This document shows, piece after piece, positions 40,530-48,206 of a DNA stretch of 57,091 nucleotides. The first letter of the stretch is position 1. Each line of letters starts with the position of its first letter. Position numbers and translations under genes: made by a program. Source of the DNA: a virus; the IMG/VR virus record IMGVR_UViG_3300018915_000004, positions 1-57,091 of that record, one strand, 5' to 3'. The notes beneath the pieces are model-generated. The model ran no database searches, had not been told where the DNA came from, and saw only the letters and a program-made list of their open reading frames with translations.

Positions 40530-40870
40530 AGAGGTGACTCACTCGCACCCGGATCGCTACAGACCGTGAGTGAAGTTAGAGAGAGGGCAAGACGCGGCGC
40601 TTAACGTCCCAAGGACGCTCTAAGATGAAGCCAAGCTTAAAAATCCCCTGCTCATTGTCAAACCTTGATCGGCGGTTCAGCCCTGGTGGTAAGTCCCTTG
40701 ACGGCAATAAACCCAGGCATTACCCAAGGCAAGAGGGAGACTCTAGGCGGCAGACAAGGATCTCTGATGGACAGATCAAGCCAATGATCAGAACAAAGCA
40801 GAGTTGAGTGAGTGAGGCGATCGCAACCTTGCCCCAAAACCAAACAGTAAAACCAAGCAAAAGTAAATTA
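40530..40870 (+). ncRNA. candidate ~340-nt structured leader or ncRNA
   Basis: No convincing ORF between the predicted TSS and ATG 40871. Local hairpin 40539-40546/40566-40573. Possible long-range pairings CTCACTC (40538)/GAGTGAG (40806) and CTTGATC (40664-40670)/GATCAAG (40774-40780). Confidence 0.25.
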
Positions 40871-41077
40871 ATGAGCGTTTTCTATTCCCATAAAGACTTA
40901 AATGAAATCAATTGCCGTCAAAGTGTTCTTAATATAATTTGTGCTACCGATCAAGTGAGGCTTGTTTCTTTCGGTAAAGAAAGACGCTTCCAAGCTATTG
41001 ATCTACGCTGTGAAAATGGTAGATGGCAAGTTCAGGACAGTGATCAAAAATGGTATTCTACTTTTTTCTGCGAGTAA
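40871..41077 (+). CDS. hypothetical protein
   Basis: 68 aa from ATG 40871 (MSVFYSH..). The track uses an upstream GTG. Confidence 0.5.
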   Translation: MSVFYSHKDLNEINCRQSVLNIICATDQVRLVSFGKERRFQAIDLRCENGRWQVQDSDQKWYSTFFCE

Positions 41078-41081
41078 AGCT

Positions 41082-41312
41082 ATGGATGAATCTACAAGCC
41101 TGGAACGGCAAATTGTTGATGTATTTAACGCCAGAGGTTTTATCTCTCGCCCTTTTGTTGTTTGTCCTCTTTCCTTGGCTGAATCTTATTTGAATCAGAC
41201 ACCTAATCTATCCGCCTTAGATGTTCTTGTTGTTAGAGACGAAGATTTCGCAGAAGTTTTGGAGTTAGCGAGGCGCTCTAATCGGGTTGTATCCTTTGTT
41301 GAATTGGCTTGA
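41082..41312 (+). CDS. hypothetical protein
   Basis: 76 aa from ATG 41082 (MDESTSLE..). Confidence 0.5.
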   Translation: MDESTSLERQIVDVFNARGFISRPFVVCPLSLAESYLNQTPNLSALDVLVVRDEDFAEVLELARRSNRVVSFVELA

Positions 41313-41347
41313 GGCGATCGCAGCCTTGCTCCCAAAATTAAATAAAA

Positions 41348-41373
41348 AAGATGTCTCAAGTTTGTTGCATCTT
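41348..41373. promoter_or_regulatory. 26-bp quasi-palindrome copy 27
   Basis: AAGATGTCTCAAGTTTGTTGCATCTT. This is the reverse complement of copies 5 and 21 with one core change. Confidence 0.85.
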
Positions 41374-41384
41374 CCAGGGCAAAA

Positions 41385-41394
41385 GTATTACACT
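41385..41394 (+). promoter_or_regulatory. -10 decamer variant GTATTACACT
   Basis: 8/10 match, 11 nt after motif copy 27 and 25 nt upstream of ATG 41420. Confidence 0.55.
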
Positions 41395-41419
41395 CAAGGA
41401 ACAACAACAGGTAAGCGCA

Positions 41420-41782
41420 ATGTTAGATCAAAAAGTTACTTGGTTAGGATCGGAAGTTAAGCCAGTCAAAAGCGGCAATTTAATCTCTTTTAGGTTGTTT
41501 ACAAAAAAAGGCAGTCAGTACAACGGAGAGAGAGGCGCGGCTCACATACCCGCTAAATTGTTTGGTTGCTCCCTGATTAACCTGCCTGATATGTTCTACT
41601 CTGTCAGGGTTATGGAAGGGCGGCAAGTAGAGGTGAGTGTTCTTGCTTGGAGAAACGGAGAATACAAGATCTCGTATTGTGGGCATAAATACTGGGCGGC
41701 TGATCATTGCGTTGCTGTTGATCCCCCCTACGCTGAGGCGATCGCTTCTTGGATTAACCTGAGTCAGCGGCAAGCAATATAA
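41420..41782 (+). CDS. hypothetical protein
   Basis: 120 aa from ATG 41420 (MLDQKV..). The track start at 41351 lies inside motif copy 27. Confidence 0.55.
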   Translation: MLDQKVTWLGSEVKPVKSGNLISFRLFTKKGSQYNGERGAAHIPAKLFGCSLINLPDMFYSVRVMEGRQVEVSVLAWRNGEYKISYCGHKYWAADHCVAVDPPYAEAIASWINLSQRQAI

Positions 41783-41786
41783 GAAA

Positions 41787-41835
41787 CAGGGCAAGGTATT
41801 TAAAAGAGGTTGCCGCCCTTGCCCTGGTTTGTCTT
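41787..41835 (+). terminator. rho-independent terminator
   Basis: CAGGGCAAGG, a 20-nt loop, CCTTGCCCTG, then GTTTGTCTT. Confidence 0.65.
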
Positions 41836-41865
41836 CGGATCTCATTATCCTCCTTATCCGCCTTG

Positions 41866-41891
41866 ATGATGTCTCAAGTTTGAGCGATCAT
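41866..41891. promoter_or_regulatory. 26-bp quasi-palindrome copy 28
   Basis: ATGATGTCTCAAGTTTGAGCGATCAT. TATGTA lies 11 nt downstream. Sits at the head of the packaging/structural operon. Confidence 0.85.
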
Positions 41892-41916
41892 TAAGGCGGT
41901 AGTATGTAAAAGGATA

Positions 41917-42483
41917 TTGCTTTGTGAGGTTGCAAGGTTGGTTAGGAAACAGAGGAAAATTCAGCAGCAGGAAGAGACACCAGAACAAGCGAGGCAGCAG
42001 CTAGAGGAGGCAGCAGAGGGCAAGCCAGAGATAGAGATTCTAGAGACAAAGCAGCATTTGATCGCGCCGGATCTCGATTTTATTGGTGATTTCTCACCCT
42101 GGCAAATCCAAGCGCTTATCCCTCTTGCTAGAGGAGACAACGCGCCTAAGGTTGCCGCAAAGATAGGGAAAGATGTTAAAACCTTATACCGGATCATGGA
42201 CGATCCGGATTATCGGAAAGCTTTGGAGGCTACAACCTCTTATCTGTACACTTACGGTTTAAGAAATTGCGCGATCGCAACCGTTGAGGCGACAGACTTC
42301 TTGCGGAAAACCTTAAGAGATGAGGACGCAAAAACAGCCGATAGACTTAAGGCGGCTCAGATAATTATTGACCAGGGCGATCGCTGGCAAAATCAGCGCT
42401 TAGAGGTGAAACTAGCCGAACTAGAGAAGCAGCTAAAGGCGCGGCTAGAGAATGAGGCAAAGCTAACTGAGGAGGAGGAGTGA
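41917..42483 (+). CDS. terminase small subunit (tentative)
   Basis: 188 aa with a TTG start. HTH-like ..ARGDNAPKVAAKIGKDVKTLYRIMDDPDYRKAL. Lies directly upstream of the large terminase, with start/stop overlap. Confidence 0.55.
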   Translation: MLCEVARLVRKQRKIQQQEETPEQARQQLEEAAEGKPEIEILETKQHLIAPDLDFIGDFSPWQIQALIPLARGDNAPKVAAKIGKDVKTLYRIMDDPDYRKALEATTSYLYTYGLRNCAIATVEATDFLRKTLRDEDAKTADRLKAAQIIIDQGDRWQNQRLEVKLAELEKQLKARLENEAKLTEEEE

Positions 42484-44030
42484 CGGCAACCAAGCGCCAA
42501 TTGCAACGCCGCCTAACTGCAATTGAGAAGCAATCAGCGCTTGTAGAAATCAAACCATTAACCAAAAGGCAGCGATCGCAACGTCGCTGCCTTCATTTGT
42601 TCCTTAAGGGCGCTTGGGACGTTTTAGAGCCTAGGCGAACTTTGGAGGACAACTGGCACCTGGAATTGATTGCAGAGTACCTGGAAGCAATCAGCGCGGG
42701 AGAGTTGCAAAAAGTACTGATCAACATTGCGCCGCGCTCTCTTAAATCGGTTGAATGTTCCGTTTGCTTTCCCTGCTGGGATTGGTTGCATAACCCTTGG
42801 CGGCGGTTCTTGTGTATGTCCTACAGCGGCTTGCTAGCGAATGATCACAACGACCTGAGGCGATCGCTCATCAAGTCTAGTTGGTATCAGACCCTATGCC
42901 AGGGAAAAATTGTATTGTCATCAGGAGCAACACGCGGAACATCGCAGCAGGTTAAAAACCGGATCTCTGAATTTGCCAACAACTACCGAGGGCAAATGGT
43001 CAGCCGTGGTTTAGAAGGATCGGTCACAGGCGTAGGCGGCGACATTTTACTTTTTGATGACCCTAACAACCCTGAGAAGTCGGAAAGTAAAAGCGATCGC
43101 CAAGGCACAGAGAAAAAGTTTAGAGATTACGCTTTTGGGCGGCGTAACAATGCTAAAACGGCGGCGATCTTGGTTATTCAGCAACGCACCCACAAGAAAG
43201 ATGTTAGCGGCGTTGTAATTGATGATCTCAATGAGGGTGACTGGGAGATCATCAAGCTACCTACCCACTGTAGAAGCTATACAGAGGTAAAGTTTCCTAG
43301 AAGTGGGAAAACCATCATTAGAGAGCCTGGTAGCTTTCTACAGGCTTCTAGGCATGGGGAAAAAGAAGACAAGGAAGCTAAAAAGATCCTGGGTAGCTTG
43401 ATGTACTCAGGCAGACACGATCAGTCGCCAATTGATGAGGAGGGCGGCATATTCCCGCGTAAATGGTACAGAATACCTCTGGCTAAGTTGCCGCCGCGCC
43501 GCGCCCTTGCAATGTCAGTTGATGCAAGCTTTGGATCGACATCGGCAACAGCAAGCTTTGTTGTTGTGGGTATGTGGGCGATCGCCTACCCTAACTTTAT
43601 TCTTTTGGATGTTTGGCGCAAGCGTTGCGGCTTTTCTGAGACTAAAAAAGCGATCCGCGATATGCGCTCAAAATGGCAACCCTACGGCGCAATCTTGACA
43701 ACGCTGATTGAGAAAAAAGCAAACGGCGCGAGCGTCTTAGAAGATCTACAGCTAGAATTCCCTGGTTTGATTCCCTATGACCCTAAGCAAGACTCAAAGC
43801 AAGCTAGGGCAAATTTTGCCGCGCCGTTTTATGAATCTGGCAACGTTCTTGTATTGGATGACCCGGACGCGCCTTGGTTTGTTGATTACCAATTAGAGTT
43901 AGAGGGTTTCCCTAATGGGGAGGACGATGATCAAGTTGATATGTCGGCTCAGATCATTGCCTATTTTATCCACAAGTGGAGGAGACAGCAGCAGGAGCAA
44001 GAAGGAACCACGGCAACAATGAACGGCTGA
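42480..44030 (+). CDS. terL: terminase large subunit
   Basis: 516 aa. ATPase blocks INIAPRSLKS and LLFDDPNNPE. C-terminal nuclease block ..SVDASFG...EKKANGASV..L......P....K..RA...AP..ESG.V......W......E...FPNGEDDDQVDM. Confidence 0.85.
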   Translation: MTATKRQLQRRLTAIEKQSALVEIKPLTKRQRSQRRCLHLFLKGAWDVLEPRRTLEDNWHLELIAEYLEAISAGELQKVLINIAPRSLKSVECSVCFPCWDWLHNPWRRFLCMSYSGLLANDHNDLRRSLIKSSWYQTLCQGKIVLSSGATRGTSQQVKNRISEFANNYRGQMVSRGLEGSVTGVGGDILLFDDPNNPEKSESKSDRQGTEKKFRDYAFGRRNNAKTAAILVIQQRTHKKDVSGVVIDDLNEGDWEIIKLPTHCRSYTEVKFPRSGKTIIREPGSFLQASRHGEKEDKEAKKILGSLMYSGRHDQSPIDEEGGIFPRKWYRIPLAKLPPRRALAMSVDASFGSTSATASFVVVGMWAIAYPNFILLDVWRKRCGFSETKKAIRDMRSKWQPYGAILTTLIEKKANGASVLEDLQLEFPGLIPYDPKQDSKQARANFAAPFYESGNVLVLDDPDAPWFVDYQLELEGFPNGEDDDQVDMSAQIIAYFIHKWRRQQQEQEGTTATMNG

Positions 44031-44065
44031 TATATACTTGGAGTGATGTACTTCTGATTAGTAAA

Positions 44066-44299
44066 ATGACAGATAAAACGATTCAAGATTTTGTTGATTT
44101 TGTGAATCGGGAATGTATTGGCAAAGTCATTCAAAAAGCTTACACTCTCCCTAATTTTGTCCCTGCTGTAAAAATTGAGTTTAATGACGGATCATCTGTC
44201 GAAATTTTCGGGGAACATGATGAAGGCTTTTGTATTGACTGGGCAGAAGAAACCACAACAGCAGATAACAATCATTTAGATGTCTCAAATTTGAGCTAA
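44066..44299 (+). CDS. hypothetical protein
   Basis: 77 aa from ATG 44066. The C-terminus ..DVSNLS* is encoded by motif copy 29. Confidence 0.5.
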   Translation: MTDKTIQDFVDFVNRECIGKVIQKAYTLPNFVPAVKIEFNDGSSVEIFGEHDEGFCIDWAEETTTADNNHLDVSNLS

Positions 44300-44302
44300 C
44301 TT
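44277..44302. promoter_or_regulatory. 26-bp quasi-palindrome copy 29
   Basis: TAGATGTCTCAAATTTGAGCTAACTT. Ends 4 nt before the portal ATG 44307. Confidence 0.85.
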
Positions 44303-44306
44303 AATT

Positions 44307-45827
44307 ATGGTCTATGGTAAAGAACCGACAACGCGATCGCAGCAAAAGCGCGATCTTTTGGGGATTGAAGAAAAGTGGAGCTACTACCGAGGTGATCATG
44401 TCGATCATTGGATCGGCATCAAGCCTGACATCTCAACCGAAATAGGGAAGAAAAACGCCGATGCAATTACCCGACTATTTCAATCGGTTAATATACTTCA
44501 AAAAGTAACCGATTTTCATGTTGATGCACTGATCGGAAACGATCCGGCGCTTACCTTTGAGGGAGCGAATAAGGCAATCTTAGACGATCTTGGGCGGCAA
44601 CTTTGGAAGCAATGGACATCTAGCCGGATCGGAGATGACTTTATACACCCAATCAGCAAAGCTGTTACCAGTGCCAAGGCAACGGGTTATGGTTACTTAA
44701 GAATATGGACACCGCCGCAATTTTTAAGCAGCCCTATCTTGTCGCGGCGCGTTGCTCTCCACTCTCCCGATCCTGAAAATGTAGAAGTGATCAAGGATAA
44801 TGACGGGTTCATAAAAGATATCCGGTATCATTTCTACGATCAAGATAGCCGCAAGACTGAAAGACAATATATCAACGCCCAAGGTTTAACCGTGTTTGAG
44901 TATCTAGACTCAGCGGGAAACCTTGAGCCGCTTTTGTTTGAGGATGGTTCGCCTATCCTGAGTGAAACTGGTGATCCTCAATACCGAACATTTACGATTA
45001 ATTTAGGCGGCAACTATACGATCTATGAGTTGCGGCTTGAGTCGCTTATCAATGAATCAACCAAGCGCAATCAGAACGCGATCAATCATGCCTTGACTAT
45101 GATTCCTCGCGGGAATGAGCTTTCAGGCTTCCTTGCTCGATTTTTTACAAATGCCAGACCGCCCGGTAATTGGGTTTTGAAAGATGATGGAACATCCGAA
45201 TTCCAAGCCGATGAAAACGGTTTGGTAATTGGCGCGGGTATCGTTAACTTTGTCTCAGGGTTGCCAATACGTGACCAGGCGGGAGAGATTACGGATTATA
45301 CAGATGTAGGTGTTCACTCCGATCCGCCGCTGCCTATTACAAGCTTTCGTGAATCGTTTGAGCTATTTAACGCCGTGATTCATCTTCAATGCAATCAAGG
45401 GCATTTACTCAGCTATTCACTTACTCTTTCAGGGCGATCAAGAGAGGAATTAAAAGCTGAATTTATTACAGGGTTGACCAAAGATCAATCCCCAATTGAG
45501 GCGATTTTTTCTGAGTTGCTAACAGCCGCGATCATGATGATTCTGCCCAACGGCGGCGCGTTCACAACAACAGTGCAATTACGCCTAAGCTTGGGCAAGC
45601 CTTCACCGGAAGAGAGGAAAGGGATCATTGAAGCTTACAAGGAAGGATTGATCTCTAGGGAATCAGCGATCGCACAATTAGGGATGGTAGATGATCCTTT
45701 AGCTGAAATAGATAAGATTGAAAAGGAAAAAGCAGCGGAAGCGCCGCCGCCTCCCGCTCCAACAACGCCGCCTTTAATCATTACAGGGAATGGAAACAAT
45801 GGAGGAAACAACGCAGGAAGCCAGTAA
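44307..45827 (+). CDS. portal protein
   Basis: 506 aa. The position after the terminase genes and the size fit a portal. No specific family recognised. Confidence 0.7.
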   Translation: MVYGKEPTTRSQQKRDLLGIEEKWSYYRGDHVDHWIGIKPDISTEIGKKNADAITRLFQSVNILQKVTDFHVDALIGNDPALTFEGANKAILDDLGRQLWKQWTSSRIGDDFIHPISKAVTSAKATGYGYLRIWTPPQFLSSPILSRRVALHSPDPENVEVIKDNDGFIKDIRYHFYDQDSRKTERQYINAQGLTVFEYLDSAGNLEPLLFEDGSPILSETGDPQYRTFTINLGGNYTIYELRLESLINESTKRNQNAINHALTMIPRGNELSGFLARFFTNARPPGNWVLKDDGTSEFQADENGLVIGAGIVNFVSGLPIRDQAGEITDYTDVGVHSDPPLPITSFRESFELFNAVIHLQCNQGHLLSYSLTLSGRSREELKAEFITGLTKDQSPIEAIFSELLTAAIMMILPNGGAFTTTVQLRLSLGKPSPEERKGIIEAYKEGLISRESAIAQLGMVDDPLAEIDKIEKEKAAEAPPPPAPTTPPLIITGNGNNGGNNAGSQ

Positions 45828-46035
45828 GAGCGCCCTAGACAGTATCACGGCTAACCCTAACGTCTTTGACGGTCAATTATGGGCGATCGCCCTCACAGAG
45901 CTAATAGAGCGCAATAAAGACAATCCTCACTTCAAGTTAGATAGGGATCTACTTACGGTATGGTTTAGCAATGCAATCATGGCAGGTTATGACCATGCAA
46001 AAAAGGAACTAAGAGAAGACACTTACAACGGTTGA
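45790..46035 (+). CDS. hypothetical protein
   Basis: 81-aa ORF overlapping the portal gene end. Confidence 0.5.
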   Translation: METMEETTQEASKSALDSITANPNVFDGQLWAIALTELIERNKDNPHFKLDRDLLTVWFSNAIMAGYDHAKKELREDTYNG

Positions 46036-46121
46036 CATTGGGAACATTCAGCGCGTTGGTAGCGTCTAAGAAAGCACCCGCCTCGGTCTATTTGGGCGGG
46101 TGTAGTCTTAACGTTAGATCA

Positions 46122-46742
46122 ATGGACGTAATTCTTAATCCTGAAGTTCCCTGTGGTTTCTACTTGGGAAAACTTTGTAAGTTAGAGCATAGATGGCAAG
46201 GACTGCCACAATCCCTTAGATATTCCAGCACTAGGCAGTGTAAAGAATGTAAAAGTAATTGGCGGCAAGCTTCAATTGCACCTAGTGCTGGTATTGAATA
46301 TTTCAGAAATTACAAAGCAGTGAACAGAGCAACAATAAGGCGGCAACAGCGAGAAAGGCTTTTAGATCCTGTCAAGGCGGCTAAAGATCTCCAACAAAAA
46401 AACGCTTACAAGAAAACAGTTAAAGGGAAACTTTCAGACAAGCGGTATAAATACAAACGTCGAGCATTAGAGTCTACGGCTTACAATGCTCAAGAACTTA
46501 GCGATCGCTTTGCTATGTTTAACAATATTTGTGCCTACTGTGGCACTCTTGATGTACTTACCGTAGATCACTTTGTTGCACTTTCACGCGGCGGCAAAGA
46601 TGAAATCTTTAACATTGTTCCCGCTTGTAGGCGCTGCAATTGCTCAAAGAACGATAGGGAGGCTTGGGACTGGTATAGCAATCAATCGTTTTTTGACTGG
46701 TATGCTTGGAATGTGATAATGGAAGTTCTAGAAATAAGTTGA
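46122..46742 (+). CDS. HNH endonuclease (paralog 3 of 3)
   Basis: CAYCGTLDVLTVDHFVALSRGGKDEIFNIVPACRRCNCSKND plus an N-terminal CKLEH..CKEC. ATG 46122 preferred over the TTG at 46032. Confidence 0.8.
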   Translation: MDVILNPEVPCGFYLGKLCKLEHRWQGLPQSLRYSSTRQCKECKSNWRQASIAPSAGIEYFRNYKAVNRATIRRQQRERLLDPVKAAKDLQQKNAYKKTVKGKLSDKRYKYKRRALESTAYNAQELSDRFAMFNNICAYCGTLDVLTVDHFVALSRGGKDEIFNIVPACRRCNCSKNDREAWDWYSNQSFFDWYAWNVIMEVLEIS

Positions 46743-46743
46743 C

Positions 46744-46769
46744 AAGATAGCCCAAATTTGAGACATCAA
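46744..46769. promoter_or_regulatory. 26-bp quasi-palindrome copy 30
   Basis: AAGATAGCCCAAATTTGAGACATCAA. Starts 1 nt after the HNH stop and ends 4 nt before ATG 46774. Confidence 0.85.
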
Positions 46770-46773
46770 AATT

Positions 46774-47475
46774 ATGAACATAGAGCAGTTACTAGCATTG
46801 CTTGGGACGATTGAGGCAGTAAGTAAAGACACAATCGCGGGTATCCGTTCCGCTTATGAAGCAGCAACACGGGAAAGTGAGACGTGGAAAAAGAGGGCAG
46901 ATAAGGCAGAAGCCTCAGTTACCCGACTTAATGAGTTGATCGGCGGTTCTGATAAAGATGCTAAGACAGCATTAGAAGATCTGCAAAAGAAAATTACAGA
47001 CTTGACGGCTGAGCGCGATCAGTTCAAAACTAAGAGCGAGTCTTTGGAAGCGGATATCAAACGCGCCCAAAAGCTTGATCAACTGGGTGCGATCGCTGCC
47101 AAGGCAGGAATTGATCGAGAGGGATTAGCAACAGCGATCAAGGCAGGGTTGCTCCCAGAGGATAAAACGGTTGTTGTGGGAGAGGGCGACGCGGCAAAAA
47201 TTCAGGTAGACGGCAAAGATATTAAGGAATTTTTGAAAACTCAGCCGTTTCTTGAGAGGGCGCTGATCGTCCCTCCTGCCAATGGTAGTGATCAAGGCAA
47301 CCCAGACGCTAACACCAACAATGGACAACTACAGCCTCAAAATCAACAGCAAACGCCTACGGGAGGGCAACAGCAACAAACACCCACAGCAGGAACAAGC
47401 GGCGGCAATGCTGGCAAAAATCCAATTCTAGGGGCGATCGCTGAACTAGGGTTCAAAGTTCCAGGGGTGAAGTAG
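46774..47475 (+). CDS. scaffolding protein (GP20-like)
   Basis: 233 aa. Coiled-coil N-terminus, ..GIDREGLATAIKAGLLPED..IQVDGKDIKEFLKTQPFL.., and a Q/G-rich tail. Positioned before the capsid genes. Confidence 0.6.
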   Translation: MNIEQLLALLGTIEAVSKDTIAGIRSAYEAATRESETWKKRADKAEASVTRLNELIGGSDKDAKTALEDLQKKITDLTAERDQFKTKSESLEADIKRAQKLDQLGAIAAKAGIDREGLATAIKAGLLPEDKTVVVGEGDAAKIQVDGKDIKEFLKTQPFLERALIVPPANGSDQGNPDANTNNGQLQPQNQQQTPTGGQQQQTPTAGTSGGNAGKNPILGAIAELGFKVPGVK

Positions 47476-47545
47476 ACTGTAAAAAGCTAACCTCACAAGT
47501 CTAAACACTTTGGGTAATTGCGCGATACAAGCGAACGGTAAAAGT

Positions 47546-47582
47546 AAAAAGGGATCAACGCTGCCTGTTGATCCCTTTTTTT
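47546..47582. terminator. bidirectional rho-independent terminator
   Basis: AAAAA-GGGATCAAC-gctgcct-GTTGATCCC-TTTTTTT. Confidence 0.8.
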
Positions 47583-47637
47583 ATCCTAAGAAAGGAGCTT
47601 TTCTCATGGTGTCTTCATCTTAACCCACCGTGAAAAA
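47546..47637 (-). ncRNA. candidate ~90-nt sRNA
   Basis: Bounded by a consensus promoter (TTGACT-17-TATACT with a TGT extension, 47644-47672) and the strong terminator. Has no ORF and contains CUCCUUUCU. Confidence 0.45.
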
Positions 47638-47643
47638 TTAAAT

Positions 47644-47672
47644 AGTATAACACTTATTAGGTTGAGAGTCAA
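47644..47672 (-). promoter_or_regulatory. strong sigma70-type promoter: TTGACT - 17 nt - (GTGT)TATACT
   Basis: Exact decamer at 47644-47653 on the - strand and a -35 TTGACT at 47667-47672. It points away from all neighbouring genes. Confidence 0.7.
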
Positions 47673-47698
47673 TTAAGATTAGCTGAAGCAGGGTGATC

Positions 47699-47710
47699 TT
47701 GTGATATAAG
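47699..47710 (+). promoter_or_regulatory. -10-like TTGTGATATAAG upstream of the capsid genes
   Basis: TGTGATATA extended -10, ~32 nt upstream of ATG 47742. Confidence 0.45.
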
Positions 47711-47741
47711 AGACTAAGACTCTCTAGGGTTTTAAAACCTT

Positions 47742-48200
47742 ATGCCGACACCTAAGCAAGTGATTTTTGGCGAGTTCGACAAGACCGATCCGAACTGGCT
47801 ACAAAGTAAAATCACAGATCCTAAGATCACTATCCCAGGCGGCGTTAGACTTGCGATCGCCTCTTTTAACGTCGCTCCCTATTTGCAGGAGGACGGGCGC
47901 GTGTTTGTTCCAGGCGGTACGGCGATCGCTAGGTCTTACGTGGATCGAGCAAATAACACAGGCTATCAGCTTTTAACTGATGCCTTGGCTGTTGCTGTCC
48001 TTGCAGACCCTACAGCCTATGAAGTTGCTGTAACCCTACATGATCGTTGGGACATTAAGGACGAAAACCACGCTGATGGGGTACAACCGAGGGCAGGAAA
48101 TCTCATTCTTGAGAACTTCTTGCCCAACTACCCAACACTTACCGCAAATCAGCTAAAAGTGCTGAGAAGCAACTATCAACTAATTTTGGGGCGCGAATAA
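47742..48200 (+). CDS. hypothetical head protein (in the position of a decoration protein)
   Basis: 152-aa ATG ORF between the scaffold and major capsid genes. Confidence 0.5.
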   Translation: MPTPKQVIFGEFDKTDPNWLQSKITDPKITIPGGVRLAIASFNVAPYLQEDGRVFVPGGTAIARSYVDRANNTGYQLLTDALAVAVLADPTAYEVAVTLHDRWDIKDENHADGVQPRAGNLILENFLPNYPTLTANQLKVLRSNYQLILGRE

Positions 48201-48206
48201 GCAAAC

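Noticed and set aside
40688-40697. GGTAAGTCCC resembling the RNase P RNA GGAAAGUCC box
   Set aside because: It is an isolated short similarity. The region is too short and lacks the other conserved RNase P blocks.
40625-40843. ORFs 40625..40807 (+) and 40658..40843 (-)
   Set aside because: They are mutually overlapping. One product is Arg-rich and the other low in complexity, and neither has a ribosome-binding site. I treated the region as a possible non-coding leader, while noting that the + ORF cannot be excluded.
47606-47623. Mini-ORF MVSSS with a good AAAGGAG ribosome-binding site
   Set aside because: Five codons is too short to support as a gene. The AAGGAG is more informative as the complement of the candidate - strand sRNA.
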